DNA from: an uncultured bacterium
Lineage (GTDB): Bacteria > Verrucomicrobiota > Verrucomicrobiia > Limisphaerales > UBA8199
Direction: 5' to 3'
DNA: 64,000 bases
NCBI GenBank assembly: GCA_963749495.1
Contig: CAVVMW010000015.1
Coordinates: 352,001 to 416,000, forward strand
Shown piece after piece: positions 62,401-64,000 of the stretch. Made by a program: the position numbers and the translations under genes. The notes beneath the pieces were generated by a model, which made no database searches, was not told the origin of the DNA, and saw only the letters and a program-made list of their open reading frames with translations. The stretch's first letter is position 1; each line of letters starts with the position of its first letter.

Positions 62401-63075
62401 CAGCAGACCCTCTACCGTGCCGAACTCAAACGCGCCCAGCAGTTGCTCCTGGCGGTCAAGACCCAGAGAGAACTGGCCGAACACCAATTCAATCTCCTGG
62501 CCTCGCTCCTGCGCTTGCGCCAGATTTGCTGCCACCCCCGCCTCATCAGCCCCGCCTCCTCCGCCACCAGCGCCAAGACCGAGGCCCTGCTCGAACAACT
62601 GGAACCTCTCGTGGCCGAAGGCCACAAGGTGCTCGTCTTCTCCCAGTTCGTCACCCTCCTGGACTTGCTCCAGCCCGTCATCGAGGAACGCGGCTGGCCT
62701 GTCTTCTACCTCGCCGGCGACACCGAAAACCGCGGCCAGTTGGTCCGCGACTTCCAGGCCGCCCAAGGCCCCGCCATCTTCCTTATCTCGCTCAAGGCCG
62801 GCGGTTTCGGCCTCAACCTCACCGCCGCCAGCTACGTCGTCCTGTTCGACCCCTGGTGGAACCCGGCCGTAGAAAACCAGGCCATCGACCGCACCCACCG
62901 CATCGGCCAGACCAGCAACGTCATCGCCTACCGGCTGCTCATCAAAGACAGCATCGAGGAGAAAATCCGCCAGCTCCAGAAACGGAAGAAGGCGCTGGCT
63001 GAAGAGATCCTGGGCGAGGAACGGTTCGCCCAAGGCCTCACGCTGGACGACCTGCAATTCCTCTTTGCCGGGTAG
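59428..63075 (+). CDS. SNF2-family helicase with N-terminal SWIM zinc finger
   Basis: 'CSC....CEH', 'LRPYQVEG', 'LADDMGLGKT', 'DEGQ', 'SGTPIEN', 'DPWWNPAVENQAIDRTHRIGQ'. Confidence 0.95.
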   Translation: MSDVFELRDPDNAQAFLTRFSGEVRRRGEACFRGGRVQEVASDEPGVAYRTVVQDGVPRQVSLRYNAVDGWWGRCSCAGQFECEHIYAGMCALLAEHRNLVVQGLSARVRWAAFHSPSRPAAPVAEDATDLMGRLEAALGRRLTRQEQKFVKQVQYTYLACRPSRRISGWDFSAMGLPLQQGVDWNLLEIWPAFPATLHEFWLYVANAALEHSVSIPDFMEPVTDLGAVKARLAAWRRGRQIQKWKRFLADYLPALAATAAASTAADEVDLRLVIGPGAARLQWRRSGAESFVEPRQTHLNRAARAYERGELQLAPGADLLWQFLSDGPFTSPTTELDYEGGYNGSDPGILRRILRSALLESRVVNREGRPLARSAEPLRWEMLPAASDEDDYRLRLVAPDGAPLEGICSIIEGHPTLYLTANAVFKGPLLAGGHLDTKGESRIPAPVIESAEGVAFLQALRIELPPRVRARVRSLPLEIAIHCQLEHPDQARRTEECALHIQAQAPDGHAEYFDGARWVECTAPGALKRNGPATAITVYDRSALESLPPLLEPLNLKFQAFNSRLALRVTRKFPEQFAAWLKSLPPGAAVQLEGELASFASTEVAGRVRLHVEETEIDWFNLRVVLDVSDTTLTAEEIKLLLNARGRFVRLEGKGWRRLQFDLSQEEDERLASLGLNPRELSAEPQRLHALQLADEAARKFLPEQQVEQIQRRASELKARVTPALPPGLTAQLRPYQVEGFHFLAYLTANRFGGILADDMGLGKTLQALAWLVWARDQADPGLRPSGGAAAQERADAAAPQDGPAPASLPSLVVCPKSVMDNWHAEAARFTPGLRVKLWPAAELDCLSARLAEADLHVINYSQLRLLGETLAPIPWYALILDEGQYIKNPDSQTAQVACALRARYRLVLSGTPIENRLLDLWSLMAFAMPGLLGNRAQFARLYDAKDDPFARRRLAARVRPFLLRRTKAQVAKDLPDRIEEDLYCEIEGEQQTLYRAELKRAQQLLLAVKTQRELAEHQFNLLASLLRLRQICCHPRLISPASSATSAKTEALLEQLEPLVAEGHKVLVFSQFVTLLDLLQPVIEERGWPVFYLAGDTENRGQLVRDFQAAQGPAIFLISLKAGGFGLNLTAASYVVLFDPWWNPAVENQAIDRTHRIGQTSNVIAYRLLIKDSIEEKIRQLQKRKKALAEEILGEERFAQGLTLDDLQFLFAG

Positions 63076-63389
63076 GCCGGCCAACGCATCTGCGTCTTGT
63101 GGTTAGATGAACCACAAAAGAAAAAAACCTTCAGGATTTTCTCCGATGTGCCGATATATCGTCGGGGGCGTCCCAGAAAGACGTTCCCTGATCGGGTGGA
63201 TTTCTGAACCTGAAACATGCAAAACAAAGACCGGCCACCCGGAGGTGGCTCTTGCCGTTCGCACTTGGGACTGTGGTTTTGCTGAGTGCGAAAGGATCGA
63301 CGGCTTTGGCATTGCACGCCAGCGGCAACGACGCAACGATTAGGCCTGCTGCGAAGCTCAGGCAATTGGAGTTGGCCAGCACGGCTTTC

Positions 63390-64000
63390 ATGACGGATGC
63401 TTATGATATCTCGCTCGCATTAACTACGACCCTGCTGTTCGTGGCACTGGGGTGGTCCGTCTCGCTGCGCAGGCGGGTGAAGGAGCAAACCGAGCGAATT
63501 CGTCGCCAAGTGGAACGGGAGGCCCATTTGGAGCTGAAATACACGGAACTTTTTGAGCACGCAAACGACATGGTATTCAGCCTGGATTTGGCTGGGCGGT
63601 TCACCGCGCTCAACAAAACCGGCGAGAGAATTCTAGGATGCACACGGGAGAAATGTCTGCAGCGCATGCTCAAGGACTTCGTCGTGGAAACGCACCTGCC
63701 AGCCTTCGGCCACTGGATGGCCAAATGCATGGCGGGGGCGGCGCCACCGCCTCTGGAGCTCCAGGTTTGCGGCACGAAGCGGTGCCTGTTTTTTCTGGAA
63801 TTGAGTGCCCAACCGATTCGTGAGGGAAATGGAATTACGGGAGTCCAAGGCATCGGGCGCGATGCCACTGAGCGAAAGCAGGCCGAGGAGGCCTTGCGCC
63901 AATCTGAGGAACGGTTTTCGAGCGCCTTCCGAGTGAGTCCTGTGGCGATTGCCGTCACCAGCCTAAAGGATGGGGCATACATTGATGTGAACGAGAGCTT
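63390..64000 (+). CDS. PAS-domain sensor (probable histidine kinase), runs off window end
   Basis: TM helix, 'ELFEHANDMVFSLDLAGRF..LN', 'GIGRDATERKQAEEALRQSEERFSSAF'. Confidence 0.8.
   Translation, partial: MTDAYDISLALTTTLLFVALGWSVSLRRRVKEQTERIRRQVEREAHLELKYTELFEHANDMVFSLDLAGRFTALNKTGERILGCTREKCLQRMLKDFVVETHLPAFGHWMAKCMAGAAPPPLELQVCGTKRCLFFLELSAQPIREGNGITGVQGIGRDATERKQAEEALRQSEERFSSAFRVSPVAIAVTSLKDGAYIDVNES

Overview
GC-rich bacterial DNA, probably Verrucomicrobiota (inferred from the ECF sigma/STK pair, prepilin-type, DUF2723, HzsA-like, LamG and PQQ-propeller genes). The main find is an RNA locus at about 4.4-10 kb that the ORF track does not show. A 56-codon leader ORF overlaps a mutually exclusive antiterminator/terminator. 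Downstream lies a co-oriented array of about 18 tRNA or tRNA-like genes, nearly all with encoded CCA, plus an RtcB2-type RNA ligase remnant, an HNH endonuclease and a frameshifted HEPN-motif gene. All 17 CCA-ending array tRNAs carry G55 instead of U55, and most carry D-loop AG instead of GG, whereas the housekeeping tRNA(CAT) at 26 kb is canonical. The rest of the window holds glycoside hydrolases (many fragmented), a decayed island beside tRNA(CAT) (excisionase-like gene, scrambled IS4, RelE, single beta-clamp-like domain), an ABC-ATPase/TOPRIM-like pair, uppP, heme-c propeller proteins, DUF2723, PfkB kinases, galK, a SNF2 helicase, a partial PAS sensor and many palindromic repeat families. 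All calls were made by eye, without database searches. Some single-base frameshifts may be sequencing errors.
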